Shown here: one piece after another, positions 1 to 15,149 of the stretch
How the letters are laid out: the number at the start of each line of letters is the position of its first letter
Numbering within the stretch: the stretch's first letter is position 1
NCBI GenBank assembly: GCA_050950825.1
Contig: JBMNIH010000002.1
Span: 64,001 to 128,000, forward strand
Length of the DNA: 64,000 nucleotides
Direction of reading: 5' to 3'
Source of the DNA: Clostridia bacterium
Lineage (GTDB): Bacteria > Bacillota > Clostridia > JAAYHZ01
Notes under the pieces: generated by a model
The model's input: only the letters and a program-made list of their open reading frames with translations
Told to the model about the DNA's origin: nothing
The model's database searches: none
Program-made: the position numbers and the translations under genes

Positions 1-1820
1 CCTTCCCAATCCAAGGTATCTTCCGCTAGCGGCAAATAATATTCCCAAGTGATTTCATTCGTTCTTTTGGTTGAATCCAATTCAAAGGTTGTATCTTCGG
101 GAAAATACGTGTATTCGATACCATAGTCTTTTTTCATGTCGTAAACATAGTTTTTTCCTTCAGGACGATATGTCATAGCCTCCAATTCCGGACTGAATCT
201 TATTATAACTTTATCGGCATAACCGTCTGTAAAAACTTTGATTTTTACTTTCTCCAAGCTTAAGAATCGATGATCATTTTTTGGTAATACATTCCCGTGA
301 ATATCCGTTCCTCCATCCCATCGGTTAATGCTGCCTTCAATGGTCGCACTCACCTTCAGCTCCGGATCCACGATCTTGAAAAATACATAATGCCTCGGGA
401 TTCTCATGGGAGGTACCAAATTGTATAAATAGTGCATATCGTATAAATTCGTCAGATATTTTGCCGGCACATTGTAATTGTATCCGTAGTTTATATCTTT
501 AAGAATCTCACGTTTTCCATTGCCAACTAAAGAAAAGTACACTCCTGAAAAATTAGGATCGGTATCCGGTATGACATTTTGCAATATCAAAGTATCCGGC
601 ATGCTTTCCACTTCAATAGGATTGTTGTAATTGTCGTTTACCAGCCGATTATTCTTGTCATAGAGGTAAAAATCTACGAAAAAAGGAATCTCGTTTTCAT
701 ACTTTAGCTTTGTATACGCCGAAATCGTTATACTCACGGGATCCATCCGGGTTGAGTAAACCGTTAATCGGAAAGTTTCCGCTTCTATGTATGTCGTATG
801 ACGATAAGAGTAGATCGGTATGCTTTTTTGGTCTAGCAGTACCCAGTTGTTTCCGGACTTTCTTTCCAGCTTCACCATGGTTATTGTATTGTTATGAATC
901 TCATAATCCATATGCAAATCCAAGTAAGCAGGATAATTATCGACAAACACCGGATAATCGGGATTATTGGTTGCCACATAGTCATTGCAAGTGGCATGGA
1001 AATATACATTTAAAGAAGGCGTACTGTCGGGAGGGTCTTCCGGAAGATCCGGGATTTCCACGGGATCCGGTGCCAGAAACTCGAAGATGATGGAATTTAT
1101 GAAAAAGTAACCGACCGCACCTCCGTCTTGAAATGTACCGTTACCTATTTTCAAATCATTAAGGTAATACTCGGTTTCTACACCATAGTTGGATACCTTA
1201 ACGATAGGATTGCTAGGATGATACAATTCCCCGGATTTTCCTTGAATCCAATTGTAATCAAAACCATCCTTCGCCGCCAAAACACCCAACAATTGATTCG
1301 TGGTCTTGTGATAGATGGAAAACTTGATGTAGTCACTGCTATAATGAGGAGCAGGTATATTAAAATCTAAGTAATAACTTTCTAATTTTAATTTGTAGTA
1401 AGGTTTAAATGAAACAAATAGTTTTCGATTCTGTACATCAAGTTCGTAGTAAAATGTTCCTTCTACATATAAATACTCTGTCGCTTTATCATTATCATTT
1501 ATAATATTAATCCTTAAGTTTTTAATATCTCCTCCATTATCTAAGTATCGGTTAAGTTCTTCTGTAAATGGTTTTACAATAGTAATTTGTTCGCTAATAC
1601 AATTTGTAAAGTTTTCAGATGCTTCTTCATTGTTAATTAGTTCCCCTATTTCTTTATCATTAATGGTTCGCGAGATATTGCCAGTCCAATAACCTCCCGA
1701 GTGATGCCAAACTTCTGTATACCATGTTGCGGTAATTCTTCCTAAATTGGTTTCTGCTTTAACCACAGGTGTGAAAAGAAAAACCAATAATGTTATTGTA
1801 AAGAATATTATCTTTTTCAT
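1..1820 (-). CDS. Large secreted/cell-surface protein, >606 aa, truncated by window edge; resembles clostridial Athe_2463-type surface proteins
   Basis: Translated by hand: open frame from ATG at 1820 to the window edge. Signal peptide MKKIIFFTITLLVFLFTPVVKA, motif GTFQDGGAVGYFF, Pro-rich linker PDPVEIPDLPEDPPDS, C-terminal HRFLSLEKV...IRFSPELEAM...WEYYLPLA. Family name is from recall. Confidence 0.8.
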   Translation of the reverse strand, partial: MKKIIFFTITLLVFLFTPVVKAETNLGRITATWYTEVWHHSGGYWTGNISRTINDKEIGELINNEEASENFTNCISEQITIVKPFTEELNRYLDNGGDIKNLRINIINDNDKATEYLYVEGTFYYELDVQNRKLFVSFKPYYKLKLESYYLDFNIPAPHYSSDYIKFSIYHKTTNQLLGVLAAKDGFDYNWIQGKSGELYHPSNPIVKVSNYGVETEYYLNDLKIGNGTFQDGGAVGYFFINSIIFEFLAPDPVEIPDLPEDPPDSTPSLNVYFHATCNDYVATNNPDYPVFVDNYPAYLDLHMDYEIHNNTITMVKLERKSGNNWVLLDQKSIPIYSYRHTTYIEAETFRLTVYSTRMDPVSITISAYTKLKYENEIPFFVDFYLYDKNNRLVNDNYNNPIEVESMPDTLILQNVIPDTDPNFSGVYFSLVGNGKREILKDINYGYNYNVPAKYLTNLYDMHYLYNLVPPMRIPRHYVFFKIVDPELKVSATIEGSINRWDGGTDIHGNVLPKNDHRFLSLEKVKIKVFTDGYADKVIIRFSPELEAMTYRPEGKNYVYDMKKDYGIEYTYFPEDTTFELDSTKRTNEITWEYYLPLAEDTLDWE

Positions 1821-1857
1821 AGTGTTTTCTCTTTCGTAAGAAAAATTTACTTATAAC

Positions 1858-3066
1858 TTACCAATCGGTAAACTCAAACTTCCATGTGATCTCTATTTCT
1901 TTTTCTACTCTTCCAAAATCATCATACATATAACAAGCTGCTTTTGGGAACTTATACCTGAATGTATAATTATACCAACTATTATTTCCATAATATTCCG
2001 AAAACGATATTAAGTATAGTATAGATATGTTATCAATTTTATTAAAATCATATTCCGCTCTATACTCATACCATTTACCTGTTTCAAGAGGTGGAACACC
2101 GCCTGCAGTTCCATACAAAATTTCTGTAAACCATAATTTATCAATATTCTCACCTGTAGTGCCTTCTTTATATTGGACACTAACTATATTAGATGCAGTA
2201 AAACCTTCCGGCAATTTCGGCATATAGAATCTAACTCTTCCATCCTCGCTGAATTGAAAGGATTTGAAATGAGTCAAAGCGAAATGTTCCTGCATTTCTT
2301 TACTCATATAATAATCGACACTGTATTCCGTTTCTTCCTTGATCAAATCCTTTTCGTAATCAAATATCACACCTTCGACTTCCACTTTCCCTTTAGGTGG
2401 AGTAAAGCCTACGTCAGGGTAGATTCTCCTTGAAGGATCAACAACTCTTGCCAATACGGCAGCAGCTTCCGCCCTAGTTAATTGATTTTTGTTTCCAAAT
2501 GATCCGTCCGGATATCCGGTTATTAGCCCTATTGCGTAAATATGAAGTAGAAAGTACGATGAACCGTCGATCTGAGAATATGGGGAAAAAGATATTCCCC
2601 TCTCGTATTCGGATAGCTTGTACATCAAGTTTACCCTTCCGCCATTCATTTGAACACCCGGGATTTCATCGATTGCGGCATATAATATGACACCCATTTG
2701 TTCTCTGTTGATGGGAACCGTGTAATCTTTAAACTCCCTGTCATCATTCACATATGCCATCCAATTCATTTCTTTTGCCGTATCGATAAATCCCTGTGCC
2801 CAATAATCGCTTGTTGTCTCAGCAGGCTTGTAGTTTAGTGCCAAAACAAGACATTTTAAAAATTCATCGATTCTGAACGGTTCATTAGGTTTGAAAGTAC
2901 CGTCAGGAAAACCGTTAATAATTCCTAGGTCCATCAACAGCCGAACATCTTCGGCAAACCATTCATTCCCAACTACATCTTTCATTAGTCTATCAGCTCT
3001 AGATGCTCTTGGTAAAATCATCAAAGACAGCGTAACCGCTAAAAGAACACATAATATCTTTTTCAT
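1858..3066 (-). CDS. S-layer homology (SLH) domain protein
   Basis: Signal peptide; SLH motifs GIINGFPDGTFKPNEP and GLITGYPDGSFGNKNQLTRAEAA. Confidence 0.9.
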   Translation of the reverse strand: MKKILCVLLAVTLSLMILPRASRADRLMKDVVGNEWFAEDVRLLMDLGIINGFPDGTFKPNEPFRIDEFLKCLVLALNYKPAETTSDYWAQGFIDTAKEMNWMAYVNDDREFKDYTVPINREQMGVILYAAIDEIPGVQMNGGRVNLMYKLSEYERGISFSPYSQIDGSSYFLLHIYAIGLITGYPDGSFGNKNQLTRAEAAAVLARVVDPSRRIYPDVGFTPPKGKVEVEGVIFDYEKDLIKEETEYSVDYYMSKEMQEHFALTHFKSFQFSEDGRVRFYMPKLPEGFTASNIVSVQYKEGTTGENIDKLWFTEILYGTAGGVPPLETGKWYEYRAEYDFNKIDNISILYLISFSEYYGNNSWYNYTFRYKFPKAACYMYDDFGRVEKEIEITWKFEFTDW

Positions 3067-3157
3067 TCGTTATCTTCTCCTTAATTTTTCTTTTGCTCAG
3101 CGCATATTATACCATATAATTTTCCTTTTTTCCCACATGTAGAGTTGTGTCACATTT

Positions 3158-3164
3158 TGTCGAA
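3158..3164 (+). promoter_or_regulatory. Putative Spo0A box
   Basis: TGTCGAA matches the 0A-box consensus, about 90 bp upstream of the SLH gene; a 7-mer can occur by chance. Confidence 0.35.
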
Positions 3165-3243
3165 TTATGGTTCAACAAATGAATTAAATGGTTTCCGTTC
3201 TTTATTTTCGCAATAAAAATATAAGAGAATAATATGGAATAAC

Positions 3244-3753
3244 TCAGAAAAGTTCTTTAGATTTTAATGTTTTAATAATAATGTCTAAGATTTGCTCGAC
3301 ATTTTTTCCATCGCTATTTACGGTGATATCGGCATATTGTTCATATAAAGGGATTCTTTCCAAATAAAGATCTTTAAGAGATTGCCCTTTTTTAAGCACA
3401 ATACCTCTGGTGGTAATATTCCTGATTCTACGTATCATCTCTTCATAAGAAATTTTTAAATAAATAATAATCCCTTCTTGTTTTAATGCTCTCATCGCCT
3501 TATTGCTGTAGACTACACTACCTCCGGTAGCAATAACGGCATTTTTAAAGCAGGCTTCACAAATACATGCTTCCTCGATCTCCAAAAACCTCTGAATTCC
3601 TGCTTGTTTGATAATGTCTTGTAAAAGCCTTCCCTCTTTTTGTTGAATTAATATATCGGTATCTATAAAATCTAAACCCAACGTTTTAGCCGCAAGTACT
3701 CCTATCGTACTTTTTCCTGCACCCGGCATACCGATTAACACAATATTATTCAT
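3244..3753 (-). CDS. aroK: Shikimate kinase
   Basis: GMPGAGKST Walker A, FIDTD, ATGGS, R..LY motifs; 169 aa. Confidence 0.92.
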   Translation of the reverse strand: MNNIVLIGMPGAGKSTIGVLAAKTLGLDFIDTDILIQQKEGRLLQDIIKQAGIQRFLEIEEACICEACFKNAVIATGGSVVYSNKAMRALKQEGIIIYLKISYEEMIRRIRNITTRGIVLKKGQSLKDLYLERIPLYEQYADITVNSDGKNVEQILDIIIKTLKSKELF

Positions 3754-3885
3754 AGCTCACCTCTTTTTGTTCAGTCTATACTACCATAGAAAACAGTACC
3801 TATCAACATTATGGAATTTATATACATCCTATGGTACAATGAAAAAAATTGAGAAGCGTCCCCTACATTCAAAGGATGGTGTCGT

Positions 3886-5811
3886 ATGAGAAAACAGCTT
3901 GATCGATTCCTTGGGCCTCTAATTGAACAAATAAACTTTAGGATTATTCCTGTTAGCGGCGAACCGTTAGAACTTGATTCCTTTGACCTTTCTATCTACA
4001 ATACCGAAGACAAAATAATTATGGACGGGTCCAATGCATATTCAAAAATGCAATGGCGCTTTGAACAAGCGGCAGGAGGATGGAAAGTTACACTTTCTAT
4101 CAATTTTGCGAATCCCATAGCAATAAAATCCATAACTCCTTTGCAATTTTATTTTAACATCACTGAAGATATCTCTGTCGAAGATTTTAATCTTTGGCTT
4201 ATTCCCGTGTCGGGAGATAACGTAACAAGTACCGGTTTTATGAAAGTTCAAGATTTATACTTCAGCGATGCCAATCCTTTTTTGGATAAGCCGAAAAAAG
4301 ATTTTTATTCAACCGGAACCGGCATCTTCAAAAATGCATGCCATAAAGGTATATATCTTTCCGCATTGTATCCGTTAAAATTTAACGTTAACTGTTCTGT
4401 CGTAAGAACGACCCGAAGACAGCTTTGCTTTACCGCCGTAACGGATTTTAACGGGAATGAAGTAAAAAATGCTTGGCAAAGCGAAGCCTTTTGGATCTCT
4501 ACAAATAGGACCATGTATGAAGCCGTAGAATCACTTGCGTCCCTTTATGAAGAAAAACCGATAAAACCCACCGATATTCCTGTCGGTTGGAATTCATGGG
4601 ACTATTATTTCCGTACCGTTTCACTCGACGATGTAATTGAGAACATGGAAGCAATAAGAAAAGATCCGGATTTATCCGAAAGTATCAAATATATTGTAGT
4701 GGATGACGGCTGGTCCCATAATTGGGGCGAATGGCAACCGAACTATCGATTCCCGGGCGGATTAGAACGGTTGGCAGAGGAAATAAAAAGCAGAGGATTT
4801 ATACCCGGTATATGGACCGCACCTTTGCAAATAGAAGCTCTATCTTATCCCGCCATGCGCACGCCCGAGATATTGATCAAAAACCAAAACGGCGATCCTT
4901 TGCCTTCCGATGCCGGCGGGCATTACTTGGTTGATCCGACACACCCTGCCGGAAAAAAGTTTTTACAAGAGTTATATACTCGTTTATACCATATCGGTTT
5001 CAGGCTTTTTAAGATAGATTATCTTCGAAGTCTTCTTAAAGTACAAAAATTCTACGAAAAAGGTGTGGGTCCCTACGACGCTTTACGAGAGTTGTTCCGA
5101 ATCATCAGGGATTGTATAAAAGACAGCCATATCATCGGCTGCTCATTACCGAAAGAATGCGGACCTTTTGTGGCAGATTCCGGACGTATCAGCGTAGATA
5201 TTCATAATCATTGGAGCCATGTGGAATGGGTTGTCGATTCGATTCTCCACAACTATTGGTTACATAACAGAATATGGATAAATGATCCTGACTTTTTAAT
5301 AGTCCGAGGTATGGATACTTCAACGGAAAAAGAAACCAATGTAATGAATCCGAATGCAAACAATCCGAATCCCGTAGGGCTCGCAAAACGCTGGCGGTAC
5401 GGTCCCGTGTTTAATGAAATTGAAGCGAAGACATGGACGAATATTGTAATGATGACCGGAGGCAGTGTATTCTTAGGAGACCGAATAGCCATGTTAAACG
5501 AAAAAGGCTTAAGCCTTGTAAAAAAAGCATTGAAACCTACCGGCATCGCGGCCAAGCCGTTGGATTTGGGAAACGATTTGAGGCCTTTTTATTGGCTTCA
5601 AGATTTGAACGACGAATATCGTTTGCTAATTATCAATTGGAACCATACACCAAACAAAATGTCCTTTGATTTTCTCCATTACGGCTTATCTGTGCCCGTT
5701 GAAATCAAAGATGTATGGAGCAAAACAATATATTGTACATCGGATAATCAATTATCCCTTGATCTGGGTCCTCATGAAAGCGCTTTACTTGCTTGGAGCA
5801 AGACATTATAA
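3886..5811 (+). CDS. Clan GH-D glycoside hydrolase (GH36/GH27-like alpha-galactosidase family)
   Basis: PVGWNSWDYY, VVDDGW, FKIDY nucleophile motif, WINDPD. Confidence 0.8.
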   Translation: MRKQLDRFLGPLIEQINFRIIPVSGEPLELDSFDLSIYNTEDKIIMDGSNAYSKMQWRFEQAAGGWKVTLSINFANPIAIKSITPLQFYFNITEDISVEDFNLWLIPVSGDNVTSTGFMKVQDLYFSDANPFLDKPKKDFYSTGTGIFKNACHKGIYLSALYPLKFNVNCSVVRTTRRQLCFTAVTDFNGNEVKNAWQSEAFWISTNRTMYEAVESLASLYEEKPIKPTDIPVGWNSWDYYFRTVSLDDVIENMEAIRKDPDLSESIKYIVVDDGWSHNWGEWQPNYRFPGGLERLAEEIKSRGFIPGIWTAPLQIEALSYPAMRTPEILIKNQNGDPLPSDAGGHYLVDPTHPAGKKFLQELYTRLYHIGFRLFKIDYLRSLLKVQKFYEKGVGPYDALRELFRIIRDCIKDSHIIGCSLPKECGPFVADSGRISVDIHNHWSHVEWVVDSILHNYWLHNRIWINDPDFLIVRGMDTSTEKETNVMNPNANNPNPVGLAKRWRYGPVFNEIEAKTWTNIVMMTGGSVFLGDRIAMLNEKGLSLVKKALKPTGIAAKPLDLGNDLRPFYWLQDLNDEYRLLIINWNHTPNKMSFDFLHYGLSVPVEIKDVWSKTIYCTSDNQLSLDLGPHESALLAWSKTL

Positions 5812-5874
5812 AATGCTTATATCTGAAAACATTTGCTGATTTATTCGAAGAACAAAGGCAGAAGCAGGGTCCGC

Positions 5875-7068
5875 CTACTCTGCCTTGCTCTTCAAGTATT
5901 CAATAAATTGACGAGCGACTCGAGGTGAACGGCCGTTAGCGGCAAACCGCTCGGCTTGAATTTCCAATTCCTCGTCGTCTATATCTATTTTATACTGATC
6001 TTTTAATTCGCGAACAATCCTTAAATATGTTTCTTTGTTCGGTCTGAAAAAGCCGACTTTGATTCCGAATCGGGCGGCTAAGGATGTGAGCTCTTGTATC
6101 GTCTCATTTCGATGTACGTCGTCTCCTTCTCTGTCCGAGAATTTTTCTTTTATTAAATGTCTTCGATTCCCGGTTGCGTATATGACGACATTATCCGGTT
6201 TTGCATAAGCCGTTCCTTCCAAAATCGCTTTCAATGCATAAAAATCATCGTTTTCTTGGAAAAACGAAAGATCGTCTATAAAAAGGATGAATTTCAGCGG
6301 ATTATCGTATAAACCTTCTATAACTTCATTTAAGTATTCCATTTGTTTTTTCGGTATTTCGATCAGTCGCAATCCCAAGTGATAATATTCGTTTACTATG
6401 GCTTTCACCGTCGAAGATTTCCCTGTTCCCGCATCACCGTATAAAAGAACATTCGAAGCAGGTTTACCCTTTAATAATGCCAAAGTATTGTCGATTACAA
6501 TATTACGTTGGTTTTCATAACCTTTCAAATCGAAAAGCCTTATAGGGTCCGGTCTTTTTACCGGAACGACGGTGCGTTCGAGTACGGTAAACATTCTGTA
6601 CAAAGAATACATACCGAAACCGATTTTCTCTATCCGGTCTATTCTTTCTTTGTATGAGGTGAAAAAATCTGTCTTTGCTATTGTCCATTCCGGCAAATAG
6701 CCTTGGTAGCCTATTTTCTCTTTTACATCCTTTGCATTTATCTGTGAAAGCTCCTCTAAAACGGACAATTCATAGCGAAGGCATTCTTCCAAAACGGGGT
6801 CAACGGCTTCATTTCGTAAATACCTCGCAATATAACTGTTCTCACATGCCAACGTTTGCCGTAATACATAATCCGTCCAACAAGTGGTTCTGTTAAATAA
6901 CATGGATGCAAAGGATGAATAAGCCTTTACTCGATTATGGATATCATCATGAACGGAGCCTAACATAAAAACGGCTCTCTTTATAACCGGATCCTCCAAA
7001 AGATCGTGAAATATAACCAATGAATGTATCTTAAGAAACAGGTTTTCTATTTTGTCCAACGCTTGCAT
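5875..7068 (-). CDS. AAA+ ATPase, DUF815 family
   Basis: LLYGDAGTGKSS Walker A, FIDDLSF Walker B, YATGNRRHLIKE. Confidence 0.88.
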   Translation of the reverse strand: MQALDKIENLFLKIHSLVIFHDLLEDPVIKRAVFMLGSVHDDIHNRVKAYSSFASMLFNRTTCWTDYVLRQTLACENSYIARYLRNEAVDPVLEECLRYELSVLEELSQINAKDVKEKIGYQGYLPEWTIAKTDFFTSYKERIDRIEKIGFGMYSLYRMFTVLERTVVPVKRPDPIRLFDLKGYENQRNIVIDNTLALLKGKPASNVLLYGDAGTGKSSTVKAIVNEYYHLGLRLIEIPKKQMEYLNEVIEGLYDNPLKFILFIDDLSFFQENDDFYALKAILEGTAYAKPDNVVIYATGNRRHLIKEKFSDREGDDVHRNETIQELTSLAARFGIKVGFFRPNKETYLRIVRELKDQYKIDIDDEELEIQAERFAANGRSPRVARQFIEYLKSKAE

Positions 7069-7258
7069 TCCTTTCGTGTTTTTATCCGTATGCTTCTATC
7101 ATTCGTAACCCATATTTTATCATAAATTTTTTATGTAAAAACACGAAATCGTAAAGTGCCTTTTCGAGTATGTTATTATCCGATTTTTCTGTTATAAATC
7201 GTCGATAATAATGAAAAAATATAAATATAAGAAGTGAAATATATAAAGGAGTGTCGAC

Positions 7259-7432
7259 ATGAGCTATTTATTAAACAAGTATGCGGAATGGCGTGCTTCG
7301 GGAAAAAGTAATTTCGACGGAGATATTCTTGATGAGTGTAAAAGATTTTCAAGGTTCGCCGGATTAACCGAAACCATACCGGAATTCGAATTAAGAAAGC
7401 TTGCCCATGAATACGATCAAAGAATGAATTAG
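7259..7432 (+). CDS. Small hypothetical protein, 57 aa (MSYLLNKYAEWRASGKSNFDGDILDECKRFSRFAGLTETIPEFELRKLAHEYDQRMN)
   Basis: AAGGAG Shine-Dalgarno upstream of ATG, open to TAG, followed by a terminator; below the ORF-track size cutoff. Confidence 0.7.
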   Translation: MSYLLNKYAEWRASGKSNFDGDILDECKRFSRFAGLTETIPEFELRKLAHEYDQRMN

Positions 7433-7453
7433 CCTTTGATGATTTATAAAGTT

Positions 7454-7485
7454 CCCGCATCCCTCTTTGATGCGGGTTTTCTTTT
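7454..7485 (+). terminator. Intrinsic terminator after the small ORF
   Basis: CCCGCATC-loop-GATGCGGG followed by TTTTCTTTT. Confidence 0.7.
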
Positions 7486-7494
7486 AAGTATAAA

Positions 7495-7526
7495 GAATCC
7501 CGTAACCTTTAAGGATACGGGATTCG
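7495..7526 (-). terminator. Likely rrn terminator
   Basis: Inverted repeat GAATCCCGTA...TACGGGATTC just downstream of 5S. Confidence 0.65.
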
Positions 7527-7532
7527 TATAAT

Positions 7533-7648
7533 TCCGGCAGCGACCTATCTTCCCGGGGCGCCACGCCCCGGTATTTTCAGCACCGAGAAGCTTAACTGCC
7601 GTGTTCGGGATGGGAACGGGTGGGTCCTTCTCGTTATTGCCACCGAAA
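7533..7648 (-). rRNA. rrf: 5S rRNA
   Basis: Reverse complement contains CCCGTTCCCATCCCGAACACGGCAGTTAAG; about 116 nt. Confidence 0.95.
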
Positions 7649-7725
7649 ATCTTTATTCTCTTCGCGCGCTTTTTATCGCACCCTCAAAACTGCATAATAC
7701 GTCTTTTTTTCTTCAGCGACGACCT

Positions 7726-10647
<2,922 letters not shown>

Positions 10648-10905
10648 TTTCCTTTGGTCCATCATTTCATATAGGTTGATTGTCCCAAGCTCGTCGCTTT
10701 TCCTGATTATTTTTTTAGCATTGTTTCAGCATTGTTTTTTTGTCGTTTTCGATAAAATTGCAGACTCAGTGAGTCACTCGTTACCGTTTTTTATTTCGGC
10801 TTCTCGTTTTAACTCTCTTTGTCTTCCTTTTTGTCGCGGTTCCATTCTTCATGGAACCTTTTGACGCATTATGCAGTTTTCAAGGTGCGATCGCTTGCGC
10901 GTTCT

Positions 10906-10982
<77 letters not shown>

Positions 10983-11064
10983 TCAAATCCTTGATCATGT
11001 ACAGTGTATTGAACCGTCAATCGACCTTATACGATTACGGCGAAATTTCTTCCGTCGTCAATCT

Positions 11065-12608
<1,544 letters not shown>

Positions 12609-12800
12609 AATTCAATCTTCAAACCCTCTTCGGGTCTCTTGTTTGTCCTGTCTTTTTTTAGACTTTTTGTCCCGTGCGATTTTCTCGCACTTTGGATTTA
12701 CTTTTAAATGTTAAACTCTCGCTTTTTCAAGCTTAAGTTTGACGGGTTCAATACACTGTTCATTTTTCAAGGTTCTGTGCCGTCTCGCGACGGCTTGCTT

Positions 12801-12829
12801 ATGGTAACATATCAGTTTTGGGCTGTCAA
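12801..12829 (-). promoter_or_regulatory. SigA promoter of the rrn operon
   Basis: TTGACA-17 nt-TACCAT with extended TG and an A-rich upstream element. Confidence 0.75.
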
Positions 12830-13046
12830 TACCTTTTTTACTTTTTTCTTTTACCCAAGTTTCCCAAGTTACCAAGTACCAAAATCCTCTCAAATTGAAT
12901 AACGAAAGGCATTTGAAGCACGGCAACTGAAAATTATATATTTTCTTAAAAAGCAAAAATAAAAAAGCTTTTCGCTTTTTATCCTATCGAGATACCGTGA
13001 ATATTATTATGCAGAATTTTTAAACATGGAACGAAAAGCCTTTATC

Positions 13047-15008
13047 TTAGGATCGTTTTTGTTTCAGTTCTTCCATTTTGATACTCGAATAGCGTCGATA
13101 AATCTCCGATCCCGATACTTTTTTGTAGTACATACCGGCGGTTCTTTTGTTTCCGAGTTTTTGCTCCGACAAGGCCAAACCTATGTAAAACAAGTCTTTT
13201 GCTTCAAGTCTGTCTTTGTATTTGTGTCGTACTGCTTTTTTAAATAATTCTTGTGCCGCGTCCAATGAACCTTGCACCGTATAAAGCATTCCCAAAAGAA
13301 AAGTTGCAACCATTCCGTATCGGTTGGTTATATCCGCAGACGCTCTTTCCAATATATGAAGAGCCTCCTCGTATTGCTTCGATAAAATTAAAGCCAAAGC
13401 GTATGTATTGGTCAGCATCCCGCCTAAACGTCTTTTGTTCGTATGTTTTCGGACGGTAGCAATCGCTTGATCGTATTTGCCTTGGGATATATATACCTTT
13501 GCCAATAGGTCGAGAATAGGTTCCTTGGGTTTGATCTTTACAAAAGACAAATCGGATTCCATCGCCTCGTTTAGGAAAAATTCGGCGTCGTTCAGACAGT
13601 TTTCCGCTTCGTCTTTCATACCGAACATCGAATAAACAACATACAGCTTTAAATTGCTGTGCCCTAAATTCGTCAATTTATCAATACCGTTGACAATCCA
13701 ATTCGGAGATACGCAATCGGACAGCTTTGCATTCGGTAAGCATCCCGTTTCGCATTCGGCATTCCAGCAGGCCACATAATACTTTAACGCATTTTCCGTG
13801 TTTTCCAAAACATCTCGTCTTAGATTGAAGTCGGGAATATGATAGATTCCCAAATAAAAATCCGTTGCATTCCAGTCGATGGCAGACAGCTCGTCATACG
13901 CCATACCTAAGCACGCCAAGGATTGAATATATTCTTTTTTATAGGCTTCCTTTAATTCCTTTTGCTTCGGATCGTAATCCTTATACCCTTGCCAACGGTT
14001 TATAAGCTTCTCAAGAACTTCGATTCCTTCAATGATCTTAAGATCCTTATCTTGCTCCGAATCTTTTTTACGGCTTGATTGTTGCATAACCTCCCGGTAT
14101 TTTACCGTTAACAAATACCCCATCCGAAACATATCCGTGATACGATTCGGGTCCAATTCCACGGCTTTTTGAAAGCATTGTACCGCTTCTTCCAGCTCAA
14201 ACAGCGGATCGCCGTCATTTCTTCCTTTTCTTGCCGTTAGCTCCTCAACGTTTCGATAGTGAAGATTCCCTAAATCGGAATGATAGACAGGATTTTTCGG
14301 ATCCAATTCCATGCATCTTTTAAGCAAGAATTCTACATCCGCCCGTTTTAATCTTTTATCATTTAAATATTCATTTCTTCTAAATAAATCGTATTTTACA
14401 TCCGTCGGTATACTATTGATTTCGGCCAGTTTCCCGGCCGCATATGCAATATAGCGCAGCGCGCCGGGATCGTTCCATACTTTCGGCTGGTTTTCACTGA
14501 TTTTTTCGACAGGCTTGAAAGGATCGTACATTTTGTACCAAAGCTCTTGCTCTTTTAAATATAAAAGCCGATCCTTCAGCGTCAATGCATTTCTTTTTCG
14601 GTAATCCATGCCGGGATTCAGCAAATATTCAAATTGCAAATCGTCCAAGACACACCAAAACGGAAGTTGTCCGTATCGATCGATTTTTCCGTCACCGATT
14701 AAACGCCGTTGTGCCGAAGACAGAACTTCATCCGAAGAAATATTTAAAATGTCCGATATGGAATAAAAGACCTTAAGCTTTCTTTCTCCTCTTTGATAAG
14801 AGTTTAATTTCAAAAGATATGCAGGCTTGTATCGTTCATCTTTATGAGCAAAAACACCGATGGCTTGATCGGGAAGTATAAAATCCTTTGACGCAAGCTC
14901 AGGAAATACCTGCACCGTTTCGTCATAATATCTCCCGCTTAATGTGGTAACGCCGTAATTTATTTGGTCCGCTCGTAAAAATTTGATCAATAAGTTCATA
15001 AGACCCAT
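13047..15008 (-). CDS. Tetratricopeptide-repeat protein
   Basis: TPR-like units (ELDPKNPVYHSDLGNL, EAVQCFQKAVELDPN, LAKVYISQGKYDQAI, LGMLYTVQGSLDAAQELFKKA). Confidence 0.75.
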   Translation of the reverse strand: MGLMNLLIKFLRADQINYGVTTLSGRYYDETVQVFPELASKDFILPDQAIGVFAHKDERYKPAYLLKLNSYQRGERKLKVFYSISDILNISSDEVLSSAQRRLIGDGKIDRYGQLPFWCVLDDLQFEYLLNPGMDYRKRNALTLKDRLLYLKEQELWYKMYDPFKPVEKISENQPKVWNDPGALRYIAYAAGKLAEINSIPTDVKYDLFRRNEYLNDKRLKRADVEFLLKRCMELDPKNPVYHSDLGNLHYRNVEELTARKGRNDGDPLFELEEAVQCFQKAVELDPNRITDMFRMGYLLTVKYREVMQQSSRKKDSEQDKDLKIIEGIEVLEKLINRWQGYKDYDPKQKELKEAYKKEYIQSLACLGMAYDELSAIDWNATDFYLGIYHIPDFNLRRDVLENTENALKYYVACWNAECETGCLPNAKLSDCVSPNWIVNGIDKLTNLGHSNLKLYVVYSMFGMKDEAENCLNDAEFFLNEAMESDLSFVKIKPKEPILDLLAKVYISQGKYDQAIATVRKHTNKRRLGGMLTNTYALALILSKQYEEALHILERASADITNRYGMVATFLLGMLYTVQGSLDAAQELFKKAVRHKYKDRLEAKDLFYIGLALSEQKLGNKRTAGMYYKKVSGSEIYRRYSSIKMEELKQKRS

Positions 15009-15149
15009 GACCCGCCTTTCTATCTATATATATGACGGTCACGGGAAATATATTTCATAATAGAAAGATTCTCATACCGAAGAGGAATGATGTAAAATAA
15101 AAACGGTGTCGACTTGGTTTTGAACGTCCTCGTCTTTACCGCAAATACT

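Noticed and set aside
710-1370. Plus-strand ORFs 710-1090 and 1128-1370
   Set aside because: Antisense shadows of the long minus-strand secreted protein gene
12853-12884. Short CCAAGT repeats upstream of the rrn promoter
   Set aside because: Three short imperfectly spaced copies; too weak to call
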